64,000 nt of DNA from NCBI GenBank assembly GCA_013334245.1, contig JAAXXZ010000003.1:2-64001 (forward strand). The letters run 5' to 3'. The notes under the pieces were generated by a model. The model saw only the letters and a list, made by a program, of their open reading frames with translations, made no database searches and was not told where the DNA came from. Of the stretch, positions 38,121 through 47,496 are shown one piece after another. Origin of the DNA: Candidatus Moraniibacteriota bacterium (lineage in GTDB: Bacteria > Patescibacteriota > Minisyncoccia > Moranbacterales > UBA1568). The position numbers and the translations under genes were made by a program. How positions within the stretch are numbered: position 1 is the stretch's first letter; each line of letters starts with the position of its first letter.

Positions 38121-39125
38121 ATGGATAATCAGACACACGGCAAGGGATCGGTGACCGCGGCGCTCTTGGGTAATACGTTCGTGACGGTGATGAAAGCGGC
38201 GGTCTTTTTCGCGACCGGTTCGGCGAGCATGTTCGCGGAGGCGACTCATAGTTTCGCGGACACGCTCAACCAGTCCCTTTTGCTGATCGGGATCAAACGT
38301 TCGAAAAAGCCGGCCGATGACGTCCACGGATACGGGTATGGTATCGAGCGGTTCTTCTGGTCGCTCGTATCGGCTTGTGGGATTCTTTTCATCGGTTCCG
38401 GTATCACCATCTATCACTCCGTCGATTCCCTGATGACGAGACATGTGACGCATGCCTCGTTCAATATGGTGAGCATCGTGATACTGATGGTGGCGTTCGT
38501 CATCGAGGGCGCGACCCTGCTTATGGCATTGAAGGAGATGCAGAAAGGCAAGGCATTGTCGAAGAGGATGTTCCGGGATGCCGACCCGGTGCTCCTCGCG
38601 GTCATCTATGAGGACGGGGCGGCGGTACTCGGCGTCTTTATCGCCATCATCGCCCAATGGATGGCATATATCACGGGCGATGTCGGCTATGACGCGGCGG
38701 GCGGGATCGTCGTCGGCCTGATACTCGGCATCCTGGCGATCGTGTTGATAATGAAGAACCATCAGTACATAATCGGAAAACCGCTCAACAGGGAGGTTAC
38801 GCAGAAGATCATAAAGAGCCTGCTGAAGGATCCATGCATCGAACAGGTACTTGAGTTCAAATCCGTCGCAATCGACATCGGAAAATACCGCATATTCACG
38901 ACGGTGGAATGGAATGGGTCGCCCTTGTACGAGGAGATATACGAGGCCGGCGACCTGCAACGGGAGTACGACGCGATACGGGACGACTTCGGGGAATTCG
39001 CGCGACTGATGTTCCGGACGACGGATCGGATCCCGCGATTGGTCGGCAACCACATCGACAAGGTGGAGAAGAAGATCGTCGAGAAGTTCCCGCAGGTCGT
39101 CTATGTCGACATCGAGATCAATTGA
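38121..39125 (+). CDS. Cation diffusion facilitator (CDF) transporter
   Basis: TGSASMFAEATHSFADT, HGYGYG.ERFFWS and ED motifs. Confidence 0.92.
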   Translation: MDNQTHGKGSVTAALLGNTFVTVMKAAVFFATGSASMFAEATHSFADTLNQSLLLIGIKRSKKPADDVHGYGYGIERFFWSLVSACGILFIGSGITIYHSVDSLMTRHVTHASFNMVSIVILMVAFVIEGATLLMALKEMQKGKALSKRMFRDADPVLLAVIYEDGAAVLGVFIAIIAQWMAYITGDVGYDAAGGIVVGLILGILAIVLIMKNHQYIIGKPLNREVTQKIIKSLLKDPCIEQVLEFKSVAIDIGKYRIFTTVEWNGSPLYEEIYEAGDLQREYDAIRDDFGEFARLMFRTTDRIPRLVGNHIDKVEKKIVEKFPQVVYVDIEIN

Positions 39126-39211
39126 TATGAGCATGAAAAGGATTGCTCCTTTTGCCTATTCCGTCCATCTGCGTGATAATGGATGACATACGGAAGAACC
39201 GAAAAAAAAGT

Positions 39212-39760
39212 ATGCGTTTTGGAGAATGGAGGCCGACACTGAAAACTGAGGAGGAGGGCGATTCTTTAAAGTTGGAAGCATTCGGTGACGGTTCACCGGA
39301 ATTGGAGCATCCCCAAAGCGATGAGGTCGCCGCGACGCGACGGATGTTGGAGCGTGTTGACGGACTGAGTGAGGAACTTGATCAGAAGGTTTCCAAAAAA
39401 TTCGGGAAGGAATTCCTCCCGTTTCTTCTTGAAAAGGGAGATGCAACCGTCGAGTATTTGTTCGTCAAGATAGCGGATGCGGTAGATTGGGGGGATTCGA
39501 AGGGGCTCAAGGTCAGCGAGGGCGCGAAGGTCGTCATGTCTTCGGCCGACAGGCTGCTCACGAAGATGGAAGACATGGGCATTCCGATCCCGAAAAAGCC
39601 TGTCGGCATTCGCGTGGTATCTTCCGCGCTCGGCATCGCTGGTTGCGTGCCATGTTGTGGCGTGCTCTGGGGATTGTCGGCGCTGCTCCTCAAAAGGGAC
39701 CCGGCCGTTCAGGCGTACTTCGAATCGAAACGATCGAAATTACGGAAATCATATGAATAG
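39212..39760 (+). CDS. Hypothetical protein
   Basis: ORF with C-terminal hydrophobic segment; overlaps the next gene. Confidence 0.55.
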   Translation: MRFGEWRPTLKTEEEGDSLKLEAFGDGSPELEHPQSDEVAATRRMLERVDGLSEELDQKVSKKFGKEFLPFLLEKGDATVEYLFVKIADAVDWGDSKGLKVSEGAKVVMSSADRLLTKMEDMGIPIPKKPVGIRVVSSALGIAGCVPCCGVLWGLSALLLKRDPAVQAYFESKRSKLRKSYE

Positions 39761-40061
39761 TTCCGACATCTTCAACTTCGGCCTCTTGATCGGCGGATCG
39801 GATCGGATTGTAGCCCTCCTGGGAATCGAGTCGCTTCCCGAGGAGGAACAGCTGGTTCTGGCCGGTCGTTTTTCGGACATCGTGCTGAAGCGGATCCTGC
39901 TACGGGTTCCGGATGAAAACGTCGAGGACGTGAAGCGGGCGCTCCTGTCGGACGGCGGAAATCTGGAGGCGTTCATAACGGCTTTAGAGGCTTCCATCCC
40001 GGACTTCGATCGTTGTTTTGAGGAAGAACTGGAAAAGACAGTGGCGGACTTTCTCGCGTGA
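39753..40061 (+). CDS. Small acidic helical protein (DUF5663-like)
   Basis: LGIESLPEEEQ..IPDFD..EEE pattern common in CPR. Confidence 0.6.
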   Translation: MNSSDIFNFGLLIGGSDRIVALLGIESLPEEEQLVLAGRFSDIVLKRILLRVPDENVEDVKRALLSDGGNLEAFITALEASIPDFDRCFEEELEKTVADFLA

Positions 40062-40092
40062 AGCGGGCCCGATTAACGATGTGCATGAACGT

Positions 40093-40644
40093 ATGAAACC
40101 ATTCACCGTCATTTCGGAAACGGAGGACTATCGTTTCAGGGACCGGCTGTCGGTGCTGCGCGCGCGACTCGGCACTCCGGATGGAAAGGAAACCGAGTGG
40201 GCCTACGTGAAACAAAACGATGTCGTCGCGGTGATCGCGTTCGATGATGATAAGTGCATCCGTATCAAGCGTGAATGGCGATTGAACCGCAAGGACTTCG
40301 TATGGGAACTTCCGAGCGGGTTCGTCGAGGTATCCGATCCGACCGAGCAGGACATCCTGGACACGGCGAACCGGGAATTGCAGGAAGAGGTCGGTGTGAA
40401 AGCGGATCACCTGACACTGCTCCGCACGTTTTATCCGAGCAATCATATCTCGAGCCGTTACCATGTCGTACTCGCCACCGGCCTTACGGAGTCGAAACTG
40501 CCGTATGACGAATTCGAATTCGTGGAAGCTCAAAAGGTTCCGTTCGGCGAGGCGTCGGAGAAACTGCTCGAAGGGCAGATCCCGACGGGTCTTGTCATCG
40601 TCGCGCTTGAATGTGCGAAGGAGTATCTGAATGGCAAAGAATGA
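40093..40644 (+). CDS. NUDIX hydrolase (ADP-ribose pyrophosphatase-like)
   Basis: WELPSG..ANRELQEEVG. Confidence 0.9.
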   Translation: MKPFTVISETEDYRFRDRLSVLRARLGTPDGKETEWAYVKQNDVVAVIAFDDDKCIRIKREWRLNRKDFVWELPSGFVEVSDPTEQDILDTANRELQEEVGVKADHLTLLRTFYPSNHISSRYHVVLATGLTESKLPYDEFEFVEAQKVPFGEASEKLLEGQIPTGLVIVALECAKEYLNGKE

Positions 40645-40671
40645 CAGATTTCGAAGGGAAAGCGACCGTTT

Positions 40672-41925
40672 TCAGCATGACGTTTTTCCAGCTGCCGAAG
40701 AACCGGCGACGAAGCCGGTGGTCCAGCAAAGCTGGAGACTGTATCCGCCGGACGGCCGGTCGATATCAAGGATATCCCCGGCGAGATAGAGATTCGGATG
40801 GAGGCGGGAACGCATATGCTTAAAATCGACTTCCTTGGGCGTTACTCCGCCACTGGTCACGATGGCCTTATCCGCGTCCAAAAGGCCTTCTACGTTCATT
40901 TGGAGGCCTTTCAGGGCCTTTGCGATGGATTGTCGCTCTTCCCGGGTTACATCATGGACCGGTTTCTCCGCCCTGATGCCGGAAAGCTCCAAAATGACCC
41001 CGATACAGGAATAGGGGACGATTCCTTCGAGCCCGTTCAAGACCGACTTGTTTTTACTGAGATCGAACCGTGTTCGCAGCTTCAGATCGAGTTCGGAAAC
41101 GTCGATGGCGGGTAAGAGATCGATGGAGAGCGTGACGGGTCCGTTTTTCAACAGTTCACCGATGGTTTTGCTCGTATTGAGCACGAGGGGGCCACTCAGT
41201 CCGAAGTGCGTGAAGAGTACTTTCCCTTTTGCGACGGACAGCTTCTTTCCATCTTGAAGGACCGTCAGTTTCGCATCCGAAAAGCTGAGGCCCGAGAGAG
41301 ACCCGACCCACGATTCGCGGATGCGGACCGGAACGAGGGATGGGCGTGGTTCGAGTATCGTGTGGCCGAGCTCCTGCAGCCATTTGAATCCGTCACCGGT
41401 CGATCCGGTCTGCGGATGTGATTTTCCACCGGTCGTCACTACATACGAGTGGGCGTGTACGATATTCCCATCCTTGAGGCGTATGCCACATATGGCGCCG
41501 TCGGTTGTTTCGAATCCGTCGACTTCCGCGTCGGTTCTGACAGTGACGTCTCCGTCCGCCATGTAGCGCCGGAGCGCCTCGAGGACCGATTCGGCCCTAT
41601 CGCTTTTCGGGAACACCCGATTTTCTTCTTCGGTCTTTGTCGGGACACCGAGATCCGCGAAAAAATCCAGCGTGTCCTGGATGCCGAACGTCGAAAGCGG
41701 GGAGTGAAGGAATTTCGACGCGCCGTGAAATTTCGAAAGGAAGACGTTCCGATCGAAGGTCGCGTTCGTCAGATTGCATCTGCCCCCACCGGTGAGGAGC
41801 AGTTTTTTTCCGAGCACCCCGTTCTTTTCGAGCAGAATCACGCGGGCGCCGCACTCTGCCGCCCGACCCGCAGCCATCATGCCTGCCGGTCCTCCGCCGA
41901 TCACCGCAACGTCGTAATTGGTCAT
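40672..41925 (-). CDS. BaiN/YhiN (HI0933) family flavoprotein
   Basis: IGGGPAGMMAA, GKKLLLTGGGRCNLTN, FTHFGLSGP, VTSGGV and GGYSLQ motifs. Confidence 0.93.
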   Translation of the reverse strand: MTNYDVAVIGGGPAGMMAAGRAAECGARVILLEKNGVLGKKLLLTGGGRCNLTNATFDRNVFLSKFHGASKFLHSPLSTFGIQDTLDFFADLGVPTKTEEENRVFPKSDRAESVLEALRRYMADGDVTVRTDAEVDGFETTDGAICGIRLKDGNIVHAHSYVVTTGGKSHPQTGSTGDGFKWLQELGHTILEPRPSLVPVRIRESWVGSLSGLSFSDAKLTVLQDGKKLSVAKGKVLFTHFGLSGPLVLNTSKTIGELLKNGPVTLSIDLLPAIDVSELDLKLRTRFDLSKNKSVLNGLEGIVPYSCIGVILELSGIRAEKPVHDVTREERQSIAKALKGLQMNVEGLLDADKAIVTSGGVTPKEVDFKHMRSRLHPNLYLAGDILDIDRPSGGYSLQLCWTTGFVAGSSAAGKTSC

Positions 41926-42048
41926 TTCTCGTACCTAAGAATCCATATACCATAGGATATTCGTCGAAATATGGCAATATTCACGATTGCCCGGAGGACC
42001 AAATTCTTCTACTATGGGAACAAACGGGGATTCTTGAACGGCAACGAT

Positions 42049-42420
42049 ATGGATGACAACGATATGGAAAAAAACACCGACCGATGGTTTGCCGGACTGA
42101 AACGGGTCTGGATCGAAAAGGACATCGAGGGCGTAAGGGAATTATTGTCGACGGATTTCGAGTATTACGAAAATCCGTTCGGCCTCCCGTTGACGACATG
42201 GGAATCGGTGCGGAATGCTTGGCAGGGTGTCCGTGATCAGGACATATCGAAACTGGAAATACTCCCGCTCATTTCCGGTGATACGGAAGGCATGGCGATG
42301 TATGAGCTCGCATTCCGGGACAGACAGGGGAATGATCGTGAGGTGAGGGGCGCGTATTATGTGAAGCTTGACTCCGAAGGGTGTGCGATCCGATTCAGAC
42401 GATGGCGGGTCGCCGCGTGA
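42049..42420 (+). CDS. NTF2/SnoaL-like protein
   Basis: Paralog of 37648-38007 (YYENPF, GVRDQDI, GAYYV, FRRW). Confidence 0.75.
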   Translation: MDDNDMEKNTDRWFAGLKRVWIEKDIEGVRELLSTDFEYYENPFGLPLTTWESVRNAWQGVRDQDISKLEILPLISGDTEGMAMYELAFRDRQGNDREVRGAYYVKLDSEGCAIRFRRWRVAA

Positions 42421-42441
42421 CACGCTTCGTATGTTCGTAAT

Positions 42442-43029
42442 GTGACCGTTGTGACCTACGAGGATACCATTTTTTCGGAAGAGGAATCCGACGGACGGCA
42501 GTTTACGGATTGTCGGTTCGTGCGATGTTCTTTTCCGGGAGCCAAATTCCGATTCACGGTCTTTCGGCATTGTGTTTTCGAGTCATGCGATTTTTCGACG
42601 GTCGTATTCGAGGGTACGAATTTTACCGGTTGCTCCTTTCCGGAAAGCAAGCTTTCCGACCTGAACCTCTACCAGGTGACGTTTAGGGAGTGCAATTTTT
42701 CCGGTGCGGTCATGCGTAATTGCGTCTTCCAGCGGCTTGAGGGCCCGCGGAGCCCGTCATCGAAGAAATTCGATCTGCGTACCGGTTCGTTTCGTGAGAC
42801 GGACCTGACCGGGAGCGTGTTTATGAATTGCGATCTGACAGGAACGGATTTCAGCTCGGCACTATTGGAACGCGTGGCATTCGACCGGTGCGCGGTGAAA
42901 CGCACGGATTTTACGGGGGCGACGATGGGCGGTGTACGGTTTTCGGATTGTCGGATCGAGAAAGCGAAACTGGATATGCCAGGATTTATCTCGGTCGGGC
43001 AATCGATCGGGTTCGAATTGGGAGGATGA
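42442..43029 (+). CDS. Pentapeptide repeat protein
   Basis: Repeated (C/T/A)xFxx pentamers. Confidence 0.88.
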   Translation: MTVVTYEDTIFSEEESDGRQFTDCRFVRCSFPGAKFRFTVFRHCVFESCDFSTVVFEGTNFTGCSFPESKLSDLNLYQVTFRECNFSGAVMRNCVFQRLEGPRSPSSKKFDLRTGSFRETDLTGSVFMNCDLTGTDFSSALLERVAFDRCAVKRTDFTGATMGGVRFSDCRIEKAKLDMPGFISVGQSIGFELGG

Positions 43030-43101
43030 AGCTGGCATATCATCGGTTTCCTTCTTCGGGAAAACGATCGAGTCCGAAAGTGGAAATATGTAGACATCAG
43101 A

Positions 43102-43219
43102 AAATTCCCCGTCATGTCCGTCGCCGGACATGACACCCCCTTTTTCAAAGGGGGAAACCTGATAGGCCGCTTTCCTACTCTGGGAAAGGGAGTACCGAGT
43201 CAAAGAGGGGAGGGATTTG
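43102..43219. repeat. Family A REP-like palindromes (two, inverted)
   Basis: CCCCCTTTTTCAAAGGGGG and GGGAGTACC..GGGGAGGGATTTG. Confidence 0.7.
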
Positions 43220-43242
43220 AAATGATCATGTAACCGTCAATC

Positions 43243-43803
43243 ATGAAATATATGCGTGAAACGATAGTAACCCTTTTCGAAGCCATAGCTCCGTTCGATG
43301 AACTCGAACGGGAGCATCGAAATGACACGCTCGAGTGGATACGGAGCGGCGCGGAGATATTCCGCATCGCCAAGCCGGATACCCCGCCGAAACATCTGAT
43401 TTCGTATTTTGTCGTAGTGGATCCGCGAAACGAGTCGATTTTGCTGGTGGACCATATCAACGCCGAAAAGTGGCTTCCGACCGGCGGGCATGTCGAGCTC
43501 GGCGAGAACCCGAAAAGAACCGTGGAGCGCGAATCGATCGAAGAGCTCGGAATGAAAGCCGAATTCCTGTTCGATCATCCGATATTCGTTTCACAGATGG
43601 TGACGGTCGGAAAGGCTGCCGGTCACAGGGATGTCTGTCTGTGGTACGTTATCAGGGGAGACGTCGACGATACGATCACCTATGAGAAACGGGAATTCAA
43701 CGGGGTCAGGTGGTTTACGTTCGATGAGGTGCTGGAGACCGACGTCGCCGAGCTCGACGAACATCTCCATCGGTTCGTGTCGAAACTGAAAACGTTATTA
43801 TGA
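43243..43803 (+). CDS. NUDIX hydrolase
   Basis: WLPTGGHVELGENPKRTVERESIEELG. Confidence 0.9.
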   Translation: MKYMRETIVTLFEAIAPFDELEREHRNDTLEWIRSGAEIFRIAKPDTPPKHLISYFVVVDPRNESILLVDHINAEKWLPTGGHVELGENPKRTVERESIEELGMKAEFLFDHPIFVSQMVTVGKAAGHRDVCLWYVIRGDVDDTITYEKREFNGVRWFTFDEVLETDVAELDEHLHRFVSKLKTLL

Positions 43804-43970
43804 GCAAAAAGTTCATCTACCTGTTTCTCTTCATCGGGTCGACTATCGGCGGGTATGTCCCGCTTCTCTGGGGCGGGAGCGTCTTCTCCATGTCTTCGAT
43901 CATTCTGAGCGGTGTGGGTGGACTGATCGGTATCTATGTGGGATATCGGCTAGGGGAGAGTCTCGGCTGA
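43800..43970 (+). CDS. Small Gly-rich membrane protein (56 aa), not in ORF track
   Basis: MSKKFIYLFLFIGSTIGGYVPLLWGGSVFSMSSIILSGVGGLIGIYVGYRLGESLG; ATGA overlap with the upstream stop. Confidence 0.75.
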   Translation: MSKKFIYLFLFIGSTIGGYVPLLWGGSVFSMSSIILSGVGGLIGIYVGYRLGESLG

Positions 43971-44034
43971 TTCCTTCGCGGTATGTTGCAGGGAAAGAAG
44001 CATCGTAAGCACCATAAGCACTAAGTGAAACCGT

Positions 44035-44940
44035 ATGCGTCATGTCATCGAGTCCCAACAGTTCGATAGGAAGTCGATCGATGGGTTGTTTGCGGTCGCC
44101 GATGCGTTGGAAAAAAAGAAAGACGCTTCCATGAAGGGAAAGATCATGGCGTCGCTTTTTTATGAACCGAGTACGCGTACCCGGTTCTCGTTCGAATCGG
44201 CCATGCTCAGGCTCGGCGGGAATGTCATCACGACGGAAAACGCAAAGGAATTCTCCTCGGTATCCAAGGGTGAAACGCTCGAGGATTCGATCCGGGTCGT
44301 GAACGGCTACGTCGACGTCATCGTGCTGCGTCACGACGAGGAGGGTTCGTCGAAGCGTGCCTCACTCGTTTCGGACGTCCCGGTCATCAATGCCGGCGAC
44401 GGGTCCGGACAGCATCCGACACAGGCACTTCTTGACCTGTATACGATCCGGAGGGAGCTCGGGAAGATCGACGGGCTGCGAATCGCGTTCGTCGGCGATC
44501 TGAAACATGGCCGGACGATCCGTTCGTTGTCGTATCTCCTGGGAAAGTATCGGAACATCACGATATGGTTCGTGTCCCCGAAAGGGTTGCGGGTCGGGGA
44601 GGACATCAAGGAATACCTCGGGAGGCACGGCGTCTCGTATTCGGAAACGGAAGACCTGGACGCAGTCGTTCCGGAAGTCGACGTGGTGTATCAGACGCGG
44701 ATCCAGAAGGAGCGCTTCAAGAACGCGAAGGAGTATTCGAGATTCAAAGGATGCTACAAAATCGATATGGCCGTCGTGAAGCGGATGAAGCGGAAGTCCA
44801 TCATCATGCACCCGTTGCCCCGCGTGGACGAGATCGCGACCGAAGTGGATGCGTCACCGAAGGCGGTCTATTTCAAGCAGGCGCGCTATGGGCTTCTTGT
44901 CCGTATGGCGCTGTTGAAGCTCGTCGTGGGGAAGAAATAG
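44035..44940 (+). CDS. pyrB: Aspartate carbamoyltransferase catalytic subunit
   Basis: FYEPSTRT, NAGDG..HPTQ and HPLPR motifs. Confidence 0.97.
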   Translation: MRHVIESQQFDRKSIDGLFAVADALEKKKDASMKGKIMASLFYEPSTRTRFSFESAMLRLGGNVITTENAKEFSSVSKGETLEDSIRVVNGYVDVIVLRHDEEGSSKRASLVSDVPVINAGDGSGQHPTQALLDLYTIRRELGKIDGLRIAFVGDLKHGRTIRSLSYLLGKYRNITIWFVSPKGLRVGEDIKEYLGRHGVSYSETEDLDAVVPEVDVVYQTRIQKERFKNAKEYSRFKGCYKIDMAVVKRMKRKSIIMHPLPRVDEIATEVDASPKAVYFKQARYGLLVRMALLKLVVGKK

Positions 44941-45192
44941 CGTTCATTCAGTCATTTTTGTCTTCCGCAGACAATTTATCCCGATATATAACCATATTTA
45001 AAGCATATTTCCGGAATGTGCGGCTATTGATGGTTGACAAATAAGCAAATAAAGGGTATTCTGTACATTATTCCGATTTCTCGGAAGCGAGGAACGGAAT
45101 CAGTTCATTAACAGCGGGGTGACCGGAACGGATAGCGCAGCGGATGTCTCTTACGAGGTCTCTGATGCGCTCTCCGATTTCCGGAGGGTGTA

Positions 45193-45750
45193 ATGTCAAA
45201 ACCCCAACAGCACATGCAAGCGTTTAAGAAAGGCTTGATCCTTCCCGATGTTAAACGGAAGTGGTTGTATAATAGCGAGAAGATGGTGATTGACCTTCTT
45301 GGTACTGCGGGCGCTCCGATCTTTCGACTGAACGTCATCGATCGAAGGAGCTTACTCGTGAAAGAGAGAGGATGCGATGAAATGCCGATCCTTCTCGACT
45401 TACAGATATTATTCCGAAGTTCTGAAAGTCGTGTTCTCGATGGGCTTCCGGGATTCACGGTCGATAGGAGAGCCGGTTCGGGTGGATTACTGTTTATGTA
45501 TTGCGATCCTGGGATAAAGGTTCGCTTTCCGAGAAAATCAAACCCTGTCATGGCAATCGACATGGAAACGAAAACTGTCAATACCACTCCTTTTGTAGGA
45601 ACGGACGGTTATTGCTGGTTTGAACATCCAACAGAGCTCGTGGTCGCTTTGGATCAGGGTGGACGAGTCGAAAGTGCTCGCGATTTCAGAGAAAAGAGCA
45701 AGGTTAGATGTGTCCGTTTTTCGTGTAAGGACTTTATTTTGCTGTACTAA
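45193..45750 (+). CDS. Hypothetical protein
   Basis: TTGACA-N17-TATTCT at 45034-45062; GGAGG RBS. Confidence 0.6.
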   Translation: MSKPQQHMQAFKKGLILPDVKRKWLYNSEKMVIDLLGTAGAPIFRLNVIDRRSLLVKERGCDEMPILLDLQILFRSSESRVLDGLPGFTVDRRAGSGGLLFMYCDPGIKVRFPRKSNPVMAIDMETKTVNTTPFVGTDGYCWFEHPTELVVALDQGGRVESARDFREKSKVRCVRFSCKDFILLY

Positions 45751-45840
45751 ACAACGCAATGCGGCTAAAATCTCCCGGAGTTAATCGAAGGGAGATTTTG
45801 CATATATGATATAATTCACATCATTCATAGTAATTACTGT

Positions 45841-47244
45841 ATGGCACTCATGATCAGCGTGTCGGGAATCCGGGGGATAATCGGGGAGGATCTGACACCG
45901 AAAAATCTGGTTTCGTATACGCAGGCATTCGCCGCATGGGTCACGAAGGGGCGCGTAGGGGAGGGGAGGCCGAAGATCGTTATCGGTCGAGACACGCGTC
46001 CATCCGGCGTTCAGATAGTGCCGCTCGTCGCCGAAACACTCGCCTTGTCCGGTATCGAGGTAGTCGATCTCGGTGTCGCGACGACGCCGACGGTCGAGCT
46101 TGTTGTTACGGAAAACGGGGCCGATGCGGGCATCATCGTGACCGCCTCGCACAATCCGATAGAATGGAACGCGCTGAAGCTACTGAACCGATCGGGTGAA
46201 TTTCTTGGTCCGGACGAACTCGCGGATTTTTTGTCGATCGCGGAAACGGAGTCGTTCACTCCCGCCCGGTGGGATGAGATAGGATCGACCGTCTCGGACA
46301 AAACGGCGGACGAGATGCATCTCGGAAAGATACTCTCGTTGCCGTTCGTGGATACGGATATGATCGATAGGGCGGGACTGAGCGTACTGATCGATGCTGT
46401 CGAGGGGGCGGGATCGGCGGTGGTTCCGGAGTTGTGTTCGCGATTGGGAATCGGACGGGTGGAGACGTTCGCGTGCGGAGGAACGGGCATTTTCCCGCGC
46501 AATCCCGAGCCGATCGCGGACAATCTCTCGGAAACGGTTTCACGAATGAAGGAAAGCGGATGCGATTTCGGTATCATCGTCGATCCGGATGTCGATCGGG
46601 TGGCGCTCATCCAAGAAGACGGGGAACTGTTCGGTGAGGAATACACGTTGGTCGCTTGTGCCGATTATTACTTGAAAAAGTTTCCGGGGACGGTGGTGAA
46701 CAATCTTTCCAGCAGTCGGGCTCTCCGGGATATTGCACAGCGGTATGGCCAGAAATGCGTGAGTGCGAAAGTGGGAGAGGCGAATGTCGTCACGATCATG
46801 AAGGAAGAACGCGCGACGATAGGAGGGGAGGGGAACGGCGGTATCATCCTGCCGTCGCTCCATTACGGACGGGACGCGCTTATCGGCATAGCGATTTTCG
46901 TGACCGCGTTCGCGGAGTGGCGAGCCGGCAGGTCGGATGCCGAGGAAAAAACGCTTTCGGCGTTCCGGAAAACGTTTCCCGCATATTTCATGGCCAAGAA
47001 GAAACTGGAGGTCTCGATACCGAAGGAGGAACTTGCCGGATTGTTCGCGAAGATCGCCGGGTCGCATCCTGATGCGGTCGCGGATACGCGCGACGGTCTC
47101 AAACTCGATTTCCCGGAGTATTGGGTGCATTTGCGCGCCTCGAATACTGAACCGATCATCCGTATCTATACCGAGGCGAAGACGGCCGAGGATGCCGATC
47201 GAGTGGCGGATGCGTTCATGCGGGAAATCTCATCCGTTCGTTAG
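45841..47244 (+). CDS. glmM: Phosphoglucosamine mutase / phosphohexomutase
   Basis: TASHNP, DPDVDR, GGEGNGG and RASNTEP motifs. Confidence 0.85.
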   Translation: MALMISVSGIRGIIGEDLTPKNLVSYTQAFAAWVTKGRVGEGRPKIVIGRDTRPSGVQIVPLVAETLALSGIEVVDLGVATTPTVELVVTENGADAGIIVTASHNPIEWNALKLLNRSGEFLGPDELADFLSIAETESFTPARWDEIGSTVSDKTADEMHLGKILSLPFVDTDMIDRAGLSVLIDAVEGAGSAVVPELCSRLGIGRVETFACGGTGIFPRNPEPIADNLSETVSRMKESGCDFGIIVDPDVDRVALIQEDGELFGEEYTLVACADYYLKKFPGTVVNNLSSSRALRDIAQRYGQKCVSAKVGEANVVTIMKEERATIGGEGNGGIILPSLHYGRDALIGIAIFVTAFAEWRAGRSDAEEKTLSAFRKTFPAYFMAKKKLEVSIPKEELAGLFAKIAGSHPDAVADTRDGLKLDFPEYWVHLRASNTEPIIRIYTEAKTAEDADRVADAFMREISSVR

Positions 47245-47443
47245 CGCCGGTACCGTTGACAGGGAACGGGTCTTGTGCGACCATCATGGCAAATGAGGCT
47301 TCGTTCTTTCTTTTTCGTGCCGGAGTGATTCCTCAGCCTCGATAACGTTCCGGAGAATTCTCGACGAGGGGGTGATCGGATATGTCCAGTGGGCCGCTAC
47401 CGTGAGTGCGTAGCGGTCCACTATTATATTCAAAACGCTCAAA

Positions 47444-47476
47444 CAAAAAGCATGACCACGAAGGTCATGCTTTTTG
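47444..47476. terminator. Bidirectional terminator
   Basis: AAAAAGCATGACC-ACGAA-GGTCATGCTTTTT. Confidence 0.8.
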
Positions 47477-47496
47477 CGTATATATCACTCTTGATA

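Noticed and set aside
42442-43029. Pentapeptide repeat protein as a Qnr resistance gene
   Set aside because: Generic pentapeptide repeats in a chromosomal context; no Qnr-specific evidence
47388-47422. Hairpin between glmM and the ABC-F gene as SRP or 6S RNA
   Set aside because: Lacks the SRP conserved loop motifs and is too short for 6S; may be a second terminator-like stem
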